A DNA stretch of 62,807 nt, counting the filler, from Phoronis australis (taxonomy: Eukaryota; Animalia; Phoronida): assembly GCA_002633005.1 (NCBI GenBank). It is 5 parts of 5 records of this genome, joined end to end, with 100 filler letters (N's around TTAATTAATTAA, not from the genome) between each part and the next. Parts side by side here need not be neighbours in the genome. Positions count along the whole stretch, not along the records: positions 26,544 to 53,046 come from NMRA01001132.1; 4 more parts are not named here. One strand, given 5' to 3'. Position numbers and translations under genes: made by a program. Below are positions 39,301 through 51,300 of the stretch, in pieces (the stretch's first letter is position 1; the number at the start of each line of letters is the position of its first letter). The notes under the pieces were generated by a model, which made no database searches, was not told the DNA's origin, and saw nothing but the letters and a program-made list of their open reading frames with translations.

Positions 39301-42300
39301 CCTTTCGAGTCCAACCTGGATATTAAATCTTAAAAATGTGTCGATAATTAACTTCAGAGACGTAGAAAAATACATTAGAGAACAAGTCAATGCACCAAAG
39401 AGTTGTCTGACGAAAGAGTATATTTTTTTAGGAAAACTAGGTTGGAATCATAAAAAGTAAATATGACCAAATTGAGGCGATGGTAGTGTTGCGGCCAGGT
39501 ATGGCTAAATGCAGGGTTACGTTTCTTCTTGTAAATTGTTGGTAATGCTTTCTACACGAACCAGTTCATATGCTCGTATTGTTGACGAGTTGAAGATATA
39601 TTCGACAGTGGTGGCTCATCAAATTTTGCTGTGATGTGCGATTAGTCACATCTGGTTTAATTTGTTGATCAAGATAGCCTAGGTCCAAGTGACGTAGGGA
39701 CTACCGGGACATCTGAAGGAATAATTGATGTTATTAAATATTTAAAATAAATAACCAGGCTGGTAATTGAAAATAAAAATTATTTGACTATCAATTCTGC
39801 TTTCTTGGTTTTAATAATTCTTACGTCTATTTCATGTGTTAGGTTTCAAATATCAATCTGGACCAAGTTGAATTTTAAAATTAAGACACCTAATTCATTC
39901 GTCGAAAGCATAATCTCTTTTTATAGCGCAATTTCAGTTAACTGGACTGAGCAAGCATAGTTATTATGTTTCTACAGGGGTCTCGTTATCCAAGGGGAAA
40001 TGTGCCTATGCCTACTGAGAGGGGATTTTTTTCGCCGATTGAGGGGACCTCCCGATCACCATCAGTAGCACCCCTGCTCTGCTGCAACTTCTCATAGCCT
40101 CTGTCTCAAGTAACATTTTGTGCTCTTTCAAATTGTCACCTGTGTGGTTAGGTGATTTGAACTTCGAAGAGAAATTTTCAATCACTAGGGGAATTTTTAG
40201 GCCACGTGGGGGGAATTTCGCGTGATTTTTAATATTTTTGAGAGAGGAATAGGGACGATATTCAGCCCCAAAATCGAGGGATTGAGGGCCCTGTCCTTTT
40301 TGGAAAGAAAAATGCACCATGTTTCAGTTGAACCCGTAATCATGAAACACAGCCTGGCTGGCCGAAGATTCTCCGGTCTTTGCTATGATACTCGGCAACC
40401 GAGATGCGACAAAATGTGATCTAACTTTTCGAAAACATTTATAAATTTTACACGAACATATTTTCCTTCGTTGCGGCGTATGGCAACGACTCAACTCTTC
40501 CGAATCTCAACGTCGTGTTCCAGCCGTTCGAGCAACGCGGAATAAAACTATGCCGATAAGCCAACGGAACAATCGTAGCGAGACTCGTTTTGGAACCCGC
40601 CTCCTGTCGGCGTGAATTAGGTTTATTTTTGCTTGGTCAGTTTCAGGCAAGTCCGTCGACTCGCGGACGAAACGGTCTCGCCACCTGGCGACTGAGAAAA
40701 GGTGAACACCGTTGTCAAACCATGTTTACGAACTTTTGTCTTCACTGTATGTTAGTATACTCGCAGCAAACAAACAATGCATTGGTAAAGTGAGCTAAAT
40801 GTATATGTTGATACACGTCCTATATGTTAGGAAATAGTCCTGTGGGTCAAACTATTTGACAGGTCATTGGTGTCAAAGAAAGGATACATCTTGAAACTGG
40901 GTTAGTGCATGTTAAAGTTTGCCACGTAGAACCCAGTACACGCATATGATGTGAGTAGAGTGACAAGTGTTGAGAAAGGAAATTTGTGGAACATTTTAAC
41001 GTCGAATACTGGCTGTATATGCTTGTATAAAGTATTCGTGTTCTGGTACCTACAAAGAAGGCTTTTGGTAAAGTTGAAAACGTTTTCTTGGAATCCGAAC
41101 TAATGCAGTAGTAAATGACTGTGTTCGTTAAGAACTGCAATTTATAAAACATATGATATTAAATTTTTGTACGTCGTCAACCGTTCAATTTAAAGTCGTA
41201 TATTACTAACTGCAACAAAAATGTAACAAGACAAAAAGATGCAATGAATGTTACGCACAATAGCACGTGTGACTTTCAGTCCAATCATAATACTGCAAGT
41301 CATAATCCAGTGAAAACTGAAAGCGTCCTACATGTATATGTGGGCCTACCAGGTTGCATTGTTTTACACTTATCGAAGACGAAAATGTAAAAGTTAGATT
41401 GGCTCATGCCCATGTCAAGACGTGAGCAGTTTGCTCATTCAATTATTGTCGCATTATCACGCTTTGACATGAGCTATGAATTCTGCGACACACCACCGGT
41501 TATATGTTAAGGACGCGCCGTAAGAAATTAAAACTTCTAACACTCGCGAACGTTACCATTCATAGACAAAAAATGAGATGAATGAACTTGCGTACCCACT
41601 TCCAGCGCACCTTTAACATCGATAAACGTCTAGTATTCTAATAATTCGTTTTCAGGGATCGTCGCGCAAGTATTCTCTAAGCTCTAAGTCAGGTACCTTG
41701 CTGCCGGAATTTCCCGAATCAAGCAACTTGATTTTGCCGGAGGGTGTCTCAAGAGAAAAGGTAACGCCAACTAGCGTTATTTTGTTTAATCACCATCAGA
41801 GGTTCTGGTGTACTTGCTTCTGTTTTTCATTATACTATAAGTTTGGACTCGTGTACTTTTGAACTTCTATGAGTAGTGCAAGGTGGAGCTATATGTTTGT
41901 TGTTATACTGTTAAGACATGAGTACTGTTAAGACATGAGTACTGTTAAGACATGAATTCTGTTAAGACATGAGTACTGTTAAGACATGAGTACTGTTAAG
42001 ACATGAATTCTGTTAAGACATGAGTACTGTTAAGACAGGAGTACTGTTAAGACATGAGTACTGTTAATACATGCGTACTGTTAAGACATGAGCACTGCTT
42101 GGGTACTACGTTGAGTAGGCCTACCGTTTGAATATGTTTTGAATTGTTGAAAAGGGGTGACGATGGAATGAGATTGAACAAAATATGTCGGATAAAAATA
42201 TAATGTTTCGCAAATAAAAAATATGTTTAAAACTAATATTTGGCGATGGGCTACGTGGTTTTACAAGACTGTGCTGTCTGTTTTTTTCTCTGCTGAATCT

Positions 42301-45300
42301 CCGAATCTGTCGTCTCCTCGTTTCATTGTGATTTTATGAGTGGCTTTCCATAACATTCATTTTTACATGTTGACTGTAGACCCTACAGGTAGCGTTGTCT
42401 CCTGTTCGCATCGTACGGGCGTCTCCATCTCTTGGCACATTACGCGAATGATTTTTACGTGACATTAATGGAGTTCCGCTAAACAATGATACAGACACCC
42501 AAGCAACCAGATGTAATGTTCCCATATAGTTCTGGTCTTACAGGTCACCTTTTGTGTACCAGGTTGCTAAATGAATAAACGTAACCGTCTTTATTCGGTC
42601 GTCCATTTTGTTGTAGGTCTACACGTTTATAATGATGTACAGGACACACTGTCAGAGAATTCTGGACACAGTCATAGGTGCAAACTTCGAGGAGGTACTT
42701 GAAATTCCACACCTCGCGTATACTGTGTACACATGTACATGTATAAGTTTATTGTCCACTGACTCAGTGCCGCAGCTATTGGTTGTTGGAAAATATTTTA
42801 CGTTGACGTACGTACATAAGCAGATGGCAATTAGGCCCCTTATATATTTTTTAGGCTTGAAATTTGTGCGACATACATGTATGATACGGATCACTTGTTG
42901 ACTGAAAATATAAAATATACTGCTGCATTGGTTGGTTTCGTCGTAATGTGACATTTCCGTCTGTAAAAAGGTCAATGACGTCAGGGCTGCGTTCTTTAAC
43001 ACGAAACACGCGCGAGACACTTGATGTGAGAAATTGTGATCATAATTTTCAATCGCTTCAGTGATAGCTATTATTCTAGTCTATCGGTAACTGTACTTTG
43101 GTGTCGAGCTTACTCGCGAACCACTCGCCTTTCACTCGCGTGACTTCTCGTGATCCGCGCTGAACATTGTGTTCCGTCTTCGGCGAGTTTACTTTGTAAT
43201 GAAATGTCACTTCATCAGTCAGAACACAGATATTTATACCCTAAAGTAAATCAATCTTGCAATATTTCAAAATTCAAACCTCGAGAAAAAATGTAACGTT
43301 TGGTCACCAGGGGGCAGAAATCAATTTGCACAAAGCGTCTTTAACTATAAATGGATGGTTATCGTTTCAGGTACAAACTTTTTATTTACACTTTTGGCAA
43401 GGGATGCCGGACCACCTGGTGGAGGTTTTAGAAGCATCTATAATCACCGATATCGTCGGTCTGTGTGACTCTATACTGTACAAGGTATACTAGTCATTCT
43501 ACATGTATATAAGGTACACCCAGGTGGCTGTGTAGTAACAGTGAGGTAAATTAACAATGTATTGCCCAACGAAATCTACGGAACTTGTACGAGACTAAAT
43601 TGAGCTGAAAAGACGCTATTCAAACTTTTGACTAGATTCAATGGTTTTGAGCAAAACATGTTTTCTCGTGTTCTTCCGCTGAGACGCAAGAGTCCTACAA
43701 AATTCAAGTTGGTAATAACAGGAAGCATTGCTCGTCACAGCTCACAACAATTACAGACCGTACTTATAATTAAGCTTCATCAGCTCATACAGTAGACAAC
43801 ACTTTAAAGAATACCAATCATCGCAGAAATAATGTGTGCATCGATCCACCACGCTTGTCATGGACAATGCGATTTGTTTGTAGGTACTTATTGACGTCTT
43901 GGTGCCATCGACCATACAAGATTTACCTGACAGGTAACCAATTAGAACTGCAACAGTGGCGGACCTAGGATATCATAAGGGGGGCCCAACATTTTGTCTG
44001 TGAACATTTGCTCAAAGCACGATTGTAGATGCGCATAGCACCGAGTGGGGGGTCGGGAGGGGGTTAAACTCCTACTTTGATACTAAGAGACCTACTTGAC
44101 CTACTTGTTTACGGTCCACAGCGTTTGCGCGCAAAACCTTCTTTTTGTAATGCTTATTACATGTTTTATATTTTGTACAGTCAGTTCGTAACAAATTTGT
44201 TGTATTTTAAATAGTCTGTTTTGTCATCATCACAAAGATTCCATTTTCTTTAAAAAATGAAGTAATTTTCTTCATTGCCCAGCGCCACTGCCGGTCACCT
44301 GAGATATCGCGGGCGAGCCTATACTTAGCCATAGTTCCGTTACGATTGCGCCGTGTTCCGAATTTGACACTAGATGATTCTGAGCGATTCAATCACAACA
44401 CATGTAAAACGAGGTGCATACTGAGGGTATTCCTAGTCGCATACTCTGGGTATTCCTAGTTGCATACTCTGGGTATTCCTAGTTGCATACTCTGGGTATT
44501 CCTAGTTGCATACTCTGGGTATTCCTAGTGTATGCGTTAAGCAAAATGCTGTAAAATAAACTCTTTACCTTTACAGTCTAAACACAGAGATCAAACTGTT
44601 TGTCAAGCACCTGCCATATTGGCTAGAAAATTCCCTTGAAGACGTGCCAAAGAAATTACGGGAGAAAAAATTAGAAGGTATTGTATGAAACTAATATGAG
44701 AATATGGGGAGCAGTCGCAATCTCAGTAGGGGTCGCTGCAGCTTCACTTCTCTATGAAAGCAACTTTTTCCCACGGATATTGATTCAGACGATGAATGAG
44801 AAACACCCGAAGTATCGGGCTTCCTGTGTTGAATTATTGGCGAATTTCGTAATCAATATATGAAATTGGAATGAATACCATTTTCACTATGATTGTTAAT
44901 TCAAAACATGTTAAATATAGATTATTACATGGCGAAGTCGTTATCCCCCGTTATCTAGAGCCAGAGTGGATTTTGGAGAATTATCGCCCGAGGGGCGTTA
45001 GCCCAGAGGGTGATAATTCTACAAAATCCACGAGGCTGTACAGAAGGGGGATAATGGTTGAGAACATGTAATAATCTATTTATACCACATACTAAACGAG
45101 AAATATTGCAATGAATCGATCTACCTTTCTCGACTCGCCTCGGCCGGCTTTGTAACTACTTTCTATGTCAGAGGCCCGGCCGGGGTCGGAGGTCGTGACC
45201 TTTTAAGAAAAGCCGAGCTATTTTGTCAAATAATGCTTATACTCAAAACCAATTGGAAATTTAAACAAAGTAGAAATGAAGTGAATCTATAAATTAAGGT

Positions 45301-48300
45301 TTAGCAACTATTATAGCTTACTACACATTTTATCAAGCCAAACTTCGACCGGGAAAATATGGTTTGCTAAAGCAGGTTACCACTAGTAAATGACTATAAT
45401 GCTCAAGTCATAGGATCCCGACGACACGATACCCGAATTCAAATTGGAGATCGTTAATGTACAAGTGAGAGAACGTGAGCAAATTTTCACTGAATTAAAA
45501 TATCGTTTTTATGGAAATTATGCCTCTTAGTTTTCCTAGCGTATAAATCTCGGTGCAATGCCCTTTGATGAACATGCGATTGTTGCACGTGCTCATTTAA
45601 GTATTCTATTTTCACGTTCGATGACGTCAGCCGCTGAGTGGTGTAGTGAGATAACTTTATGGGTTATTCAGACACGGTTGTATCTGCCACACGAGGCTAT
45701 ATTGGGGTATAAAAGCCGTTACCGACGAAAAAACTGAAACAAATTGTAAAATTAAAAACAAACACTGTGATCATTGCTCTGTAACACTGATGTTTATTTC
45801 TCATATGACCTGGAATGTGTTACACCGAGTACGTATTTTTTGATATTACATGGGCAAATCACAAAGTAGTGCAAAGTAGACATCCATACGCCTATCCATA
45901 GACTGTCCAGCTGTGCTGCCTCAAGTTCAATCCAGTGCTCACGCGTGGGATGCCTTGCTGACTGTTATTAATAGACATGTTTTAAGTTTTAATATTAGAC
46001 CCTACAACTTCAAAGACTATTTATTAGATTCTAACTTGAATATTTGCTACAAAAGCTGCAATTTACAATTGTTAAGCGTAAAATAAACCTATTAACAAAA
46101 AGTAACTGAATTACTTTACATTGCGCAAGCGTGTTTTTACAAAAGTTGCGTCTTGTGATTGAAAGTTTTAGACACGTCAGGTTTTTCAGCAAAAAAGATC
46201 ATTTTTACGGATTATGTGAGAAAAGAAATCCTGCACTCGTCTCAGATTGGTGACATAGGCAAAACCTCTTGGAAATTTCGTCAAAAGCCAGAGGTTTTGC
46301 CCATGTTATAAACCTGAGACTCGTGTAGGATTCTTTATGTTAGTGTCATTCTGTAATTATAATCCCAATGTTTTTCCAAAATTCTTTTACTGTGGCTATG
46401 GTTACCTCTCACACGCTATCCTTGGTTCACTGCAAGTACAACGTTCAGATTGGTGTTGCAATAAACACCTAAGTTCCACAATTATCCGCTGGAGGCATTA
46501 CGACCTCTGACATAACGAATTGAAGTGTAACCGCCACAACTAAAATTTGATTATCAATACCTTGTGTAATTATTTTAATTTATTTATTCTGAATGGCTTC
46601 TTCATTGCATGATTACTGGTTTGTAGGAGTATCAAGACAGAAATAGAATACCATTGCTATGTATGTCCACGACAACAGCAATTAAATATTATTCAATAAA
46701 ATCATCAAATTGAAACATAATTATAAACAACCCCGAATCAAACAAGAAGGAACGATTAATTCAAAGCAGGAGTTAAGAAACTTAAAATAAATAGTAGAAG
46801 TGTTTCTTAGAGACCAATAATCAATGTACAGAATGAAAGCAAACAGCGTTACAAGTATTCTCTCATCTCTCTGCATCCTTTTAAAAGCAAAAGTGGCGAC
46901 ACCTATCAAGATAGACAACTCCCTTGAATTTCTAAATCAGAAGTCAATACAGCCAGGAACTGTATTTTCGGCATACACGAAGCCAACTGCGCAGGGCAGG
47001 CTGGAACGAGGTATATGCTCTGTTCATATTTTTCAGTCGTAAAGAACTTCGCACATAACATGAAACGACAGATGGCGTTCGTTCACTTGGCGCAAACTAC
47101 CCGCTCTGTGTTATTGAACCATGAAAACGTTGCACAAATGGTGAACGATTTGGCTGCTCTCGACTTCAACAGCATATGCTCGCAGGCGGCCTTTACAGAT
47201 GATACGTTTGTTCAAAAAGAGATTGGAACCATTTGCGACTGTAAGTGAATCTATTATTTTTGGACGGCAGATATTTATTCAGTGTCTTCCGCCGTGGTAA
47301 GAGAAGAATTAAAGTATAAACCAAGGTGGACCTGAATGAGGGAACAATTTTTAACGTCATTTTGGTTAAGATACGAGTTTCTGATTATTGAAATTAATAA
47401 GTTTACATGAAGTGATAAATCTAAGATGAGTATGCTGTGACTTCACAGTGTTTCAATAAGCCCATGAGAAGTTGCTTTTGGGGTTGTCATCGATATTGCC
47501 GTTAGCTGAACCAAGGCACTTTGAACAATGTACACCAACGGTCGACGTCATGCAGTATCATGAGTAGTAGTGTGCTTTTGCATACATTTTGTGTTTTGTT
47601 GCAGTCTTCAATGAGTTTCAAGACCTTCTTACAAAACAAGCTCCCATCGAGGCATTCACAGAATGGATGGACAACCTTATAGACAAGTGTGTTATACAGG
47701 TAACGACCAAGAACCCTGAAATAACTTAGCGGACACTAGTCGTCTATGTTATCAAGAATTCATGTTAATGATTCTCATTCAGAAATATTTAAATGCCAAG
47801 TTAGAGCAAACTGTAAAACGATATGGAAGGAAGACTAAGACACTGATACTAGTATAGACTAGTGCCAAAGACTGAGACAGTGACACTAGTTTATCGTCTA
47901 TCTCTCTCCGAACATTGTTAACGACTTAATGTGAAGTAAGACTTGTATGACAGCGGTGTAAACGAGGCAATATTTAGCGAGATATTTGAATTGATGTTGT
48001 CAGTCATATCGAAAATCAAAGATACTGAATATGCCATCATCCCTGTCCGTTTGTCCGTCTGCCCGTCCGTCCGTCCGACAAGTGGTGTGCCTCCTAGTGG
48101 CAATTTTATTTTTTACGTTCACCTCTGTATCTTCAAAGGTCCTCAACAGATTATTATCAAATTTGGCAAGAAAGCTATCTATTAGTAAGATGATGCCAGC
48201 CTCCCGTTTTCAGATGGATTCGAGGTATTTTGCGCTACCAAGTGGCCATTTTTGTTGTTTTCGAGTAAGCTTTTGGCGTCCGGCTCTCTATGTCGACCAA

Positions 48301-51300
48301 ACCACTCTAAGGATGATTTTGAAAATTGGCGTTCACATCGTTACTGCGATGAGTTTCGGAGGACTGGGACTACTGTGGCGCCTAATTGTGTCAGTCTTTT
48401 GTTTCTATGGCCGTATCTCTGCAGGATCTTAATACTAAATTTGGCTAGTATATTTAAATGAAGTTAACAACGGACATCGACATGAAATTTTGCAAATGGG
48501 TTTCTATTAAGGAGATGATGACGCCTAAGCATTTCTTCAAACGTTTTTCCGAGCACACGGAAACTAAAACAAACGGAAGCATGCCATTTATGATCGCCCA
48601 AGTTTACTTGCTCAACTTTTCGCACATCCGAATTGCACTGCCACGGCGAGCTCAGACCCAAGTCCCATCGATTCTGCCGACAACTGTACAGCTGCACCAA
48701 ACGAGCACGGAGATACACCGCACATGACCTACACTGCTAGTCACTCCAGTTCATTGTCGTAAACTTCGTTAGTTGTCGTCGCGTTCCTCAAACAAATTGC
48801 GCTGTTCACTTTGAAAGCGTTTGAGATCCTTGAAAAACTGGAGGATGTCCTTCATTTTTGGTTAATGATAAGCTGGTAATCATTACTTATGACGTCACGC
48901 ATTGAACTGGGAGAATTGAGACTCTGATCACGAAAAAGGTGATCCAGCCCTATAAAAGCGTGTCGAGCACTATTAAGATCCAGTCACGATGAATAACGAA
49001 ACACCCAAAACTCCGGGATTTCTACATTTACTTATTTATTTATTTATATAATATTTACAATGAGAGTAGCCCCATCAGTTCACACTGCTTTCCATGAGGG
49101 TCCTCATTTTCTTATTCATGTGTGACATTTTCAAAATCATCACGGAATATTTCTTTTCAACAGCCATCAAAGGAAAATAACGACGCATTCAGGAAGAAAG
49201 CGGGGGAGTTTTTGCGTCACTGGGCTGTGTTTGGATCCCTAATTATGCGCGATTTGACGCTCCAAAATGCTGCAAGTTTTGGCTCCTTCCATCTGTTACA
49301 CATGATGTTCGACGAATATGTGTTCCTTGTCATTGAAACACAGCAAGCGGCTGTCGATGAACAACTTCTGCAGAAATCCGTGCAGAAACTGATGAAAAAC
49401 GCAGGTACAGTTATTTACAGCTGGCCTGGAGCATTCTGCAGTGCACCAGGCGTACTTAGGCTACACAGTTGAACCCATTGCACTAACCACCGGATTAAGA
49501 CTCTCGAGAAGATTTTTCAGCATGAGGTTCCTCGTGAGTAAAGTCTTCTAATCTTCCTTTACTATGAATGGTAATCATTTTTAGCTTACGAACTCAGGTT
49601 GGACAGCGTTGGTTGACGTCACGTATAATCAGCTCCAGGTAAATGTATTTAAAGCTGCATGTCTCCTGCGTTAAGTCTTAACAGAATCGCTTCGGGATCT
49701 AAGAACATAATCACTCTCATCCGATGTTGACGAATAAGCCGGCAACACAGGTCACAAGCAATTTTAAGATTGGTCAACCTCAGTAAACTCTTTTAAGCTT
49801 TCAGGGTTTCGATGTTCTTGTTGGTAACAGAAACATGATTTTATCACGATTTTATGAGAGTAAGGGACCCACTTCGATTTCCGTTTTGACCAGCTAAACA
49901 GGTCAAAATGCACCTTTAATTCAGTCCTTGGCTTTGTGTTGTTGTGCGACCAATGCAGCGACATTCGGAGCTCATAACAGGACTAGCTAGTTTTCACTTG
50001 AAATAGAGCACACGGTGTGAACTTCCAAACAGTGAAAGGAATTCTAAACACAAGGTTATGGCATATAGTGTTGGAAAGTAATAATGTTTTACATGGTATA
50101 GTGTGGGAAAGTAATAATACTTGGTTGTGTTTAGGAGAAATCAGTATGCAAGCAAAAGTAAGATGCGTAGGAAAAGACAAGGGAAAGAAACGGAAAATGG
50201 AAGACGAACCCTTCATAGTGCAAGGTAACTGCCTACTATTTGTACATAGTCAAAGTAATTAAGAATTTCACAATGGAAATGTTGTTGGATAGCCTGATAT
50301 CCTTTCCTTATATCACTAGGCGGCGGCAAAACTGTTGAGACTTCTACTGGAGACCTGGGTGCTAACTAAGTGATAGAAAATACGTTTATCGTAATCTATT
50401 TTGTCCAGGGTACGTCACGAACTATGTTTCAGAGTAGAACAAGATGAAGATAACTATGCGCTAGAAAATACGTAAATGTCGTTACCGGTCATAAAACACC
50501 AAAACAGTACTAAAAATACAATAAACCGGCAAAACGTATTAAAAGTGAACATATGTGCTCTAAGTGACAGAGTACTGCAAAACAGAACAACAAAACTGCG
50601 TGACAGTAACTTCCGGAACATGCCCCAGTGATATAACGGGATGCATGACGTGCAAGAACGTACATCTTTTTTCCTTACAGTAGATTTGTGGGAATAACTG
50701 TTGTGAAAGTTCTGGGTTGTCTTATTCATAACTGCAGACGACCATTAGCGTGGTACCTCGGAGTCACCTCGGGGACTCTTCGTACAAATATTGACATCGT
50801 CAAACTATTTTAATATCAATTAAAATAACCCCAACACTGGAGTATCAGTTAGTGAGCTGTTTAAGACACGTCCGATAATACAACGACACGTCTGGTAATG
50901 CGACGACACGTCCAGCAATACAACGATACATCTGATAATACAACGACACGTCTGATGATACAAATAAATGTCTGTTAATACGACAACGCGTCTAATAATA
51001 TGACGACACTCCTGGTAATATAATGACACGTCTGGTAATACAAAGACACGTCTGACAACACGACGACACATGTGATAATACGACGACTCATCTGATAATA
51101 CGACATAACGTCTCATAATACGACGACACGTCTGGTAATACCACGACACGTTTGGTAATACGACGACACCCCTGGTACTACGACACGTCCGATAATGCAA
51201 TGACGCGTCTGGTAATGCAACAACACGTCTGATAATACGACTGCACGTCTGTTAATACGATGACACGTCTGATAATACGACGTCACGTCTGGTAATACGA

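Noticed and set aside
39978-40096. Possible alternative RFX exon after a tctacag acceptor (GSRYPRG...)
   Set aside because: No RFX similarity and it reaches a stop. The true GSSRKYS exon is at 41656.
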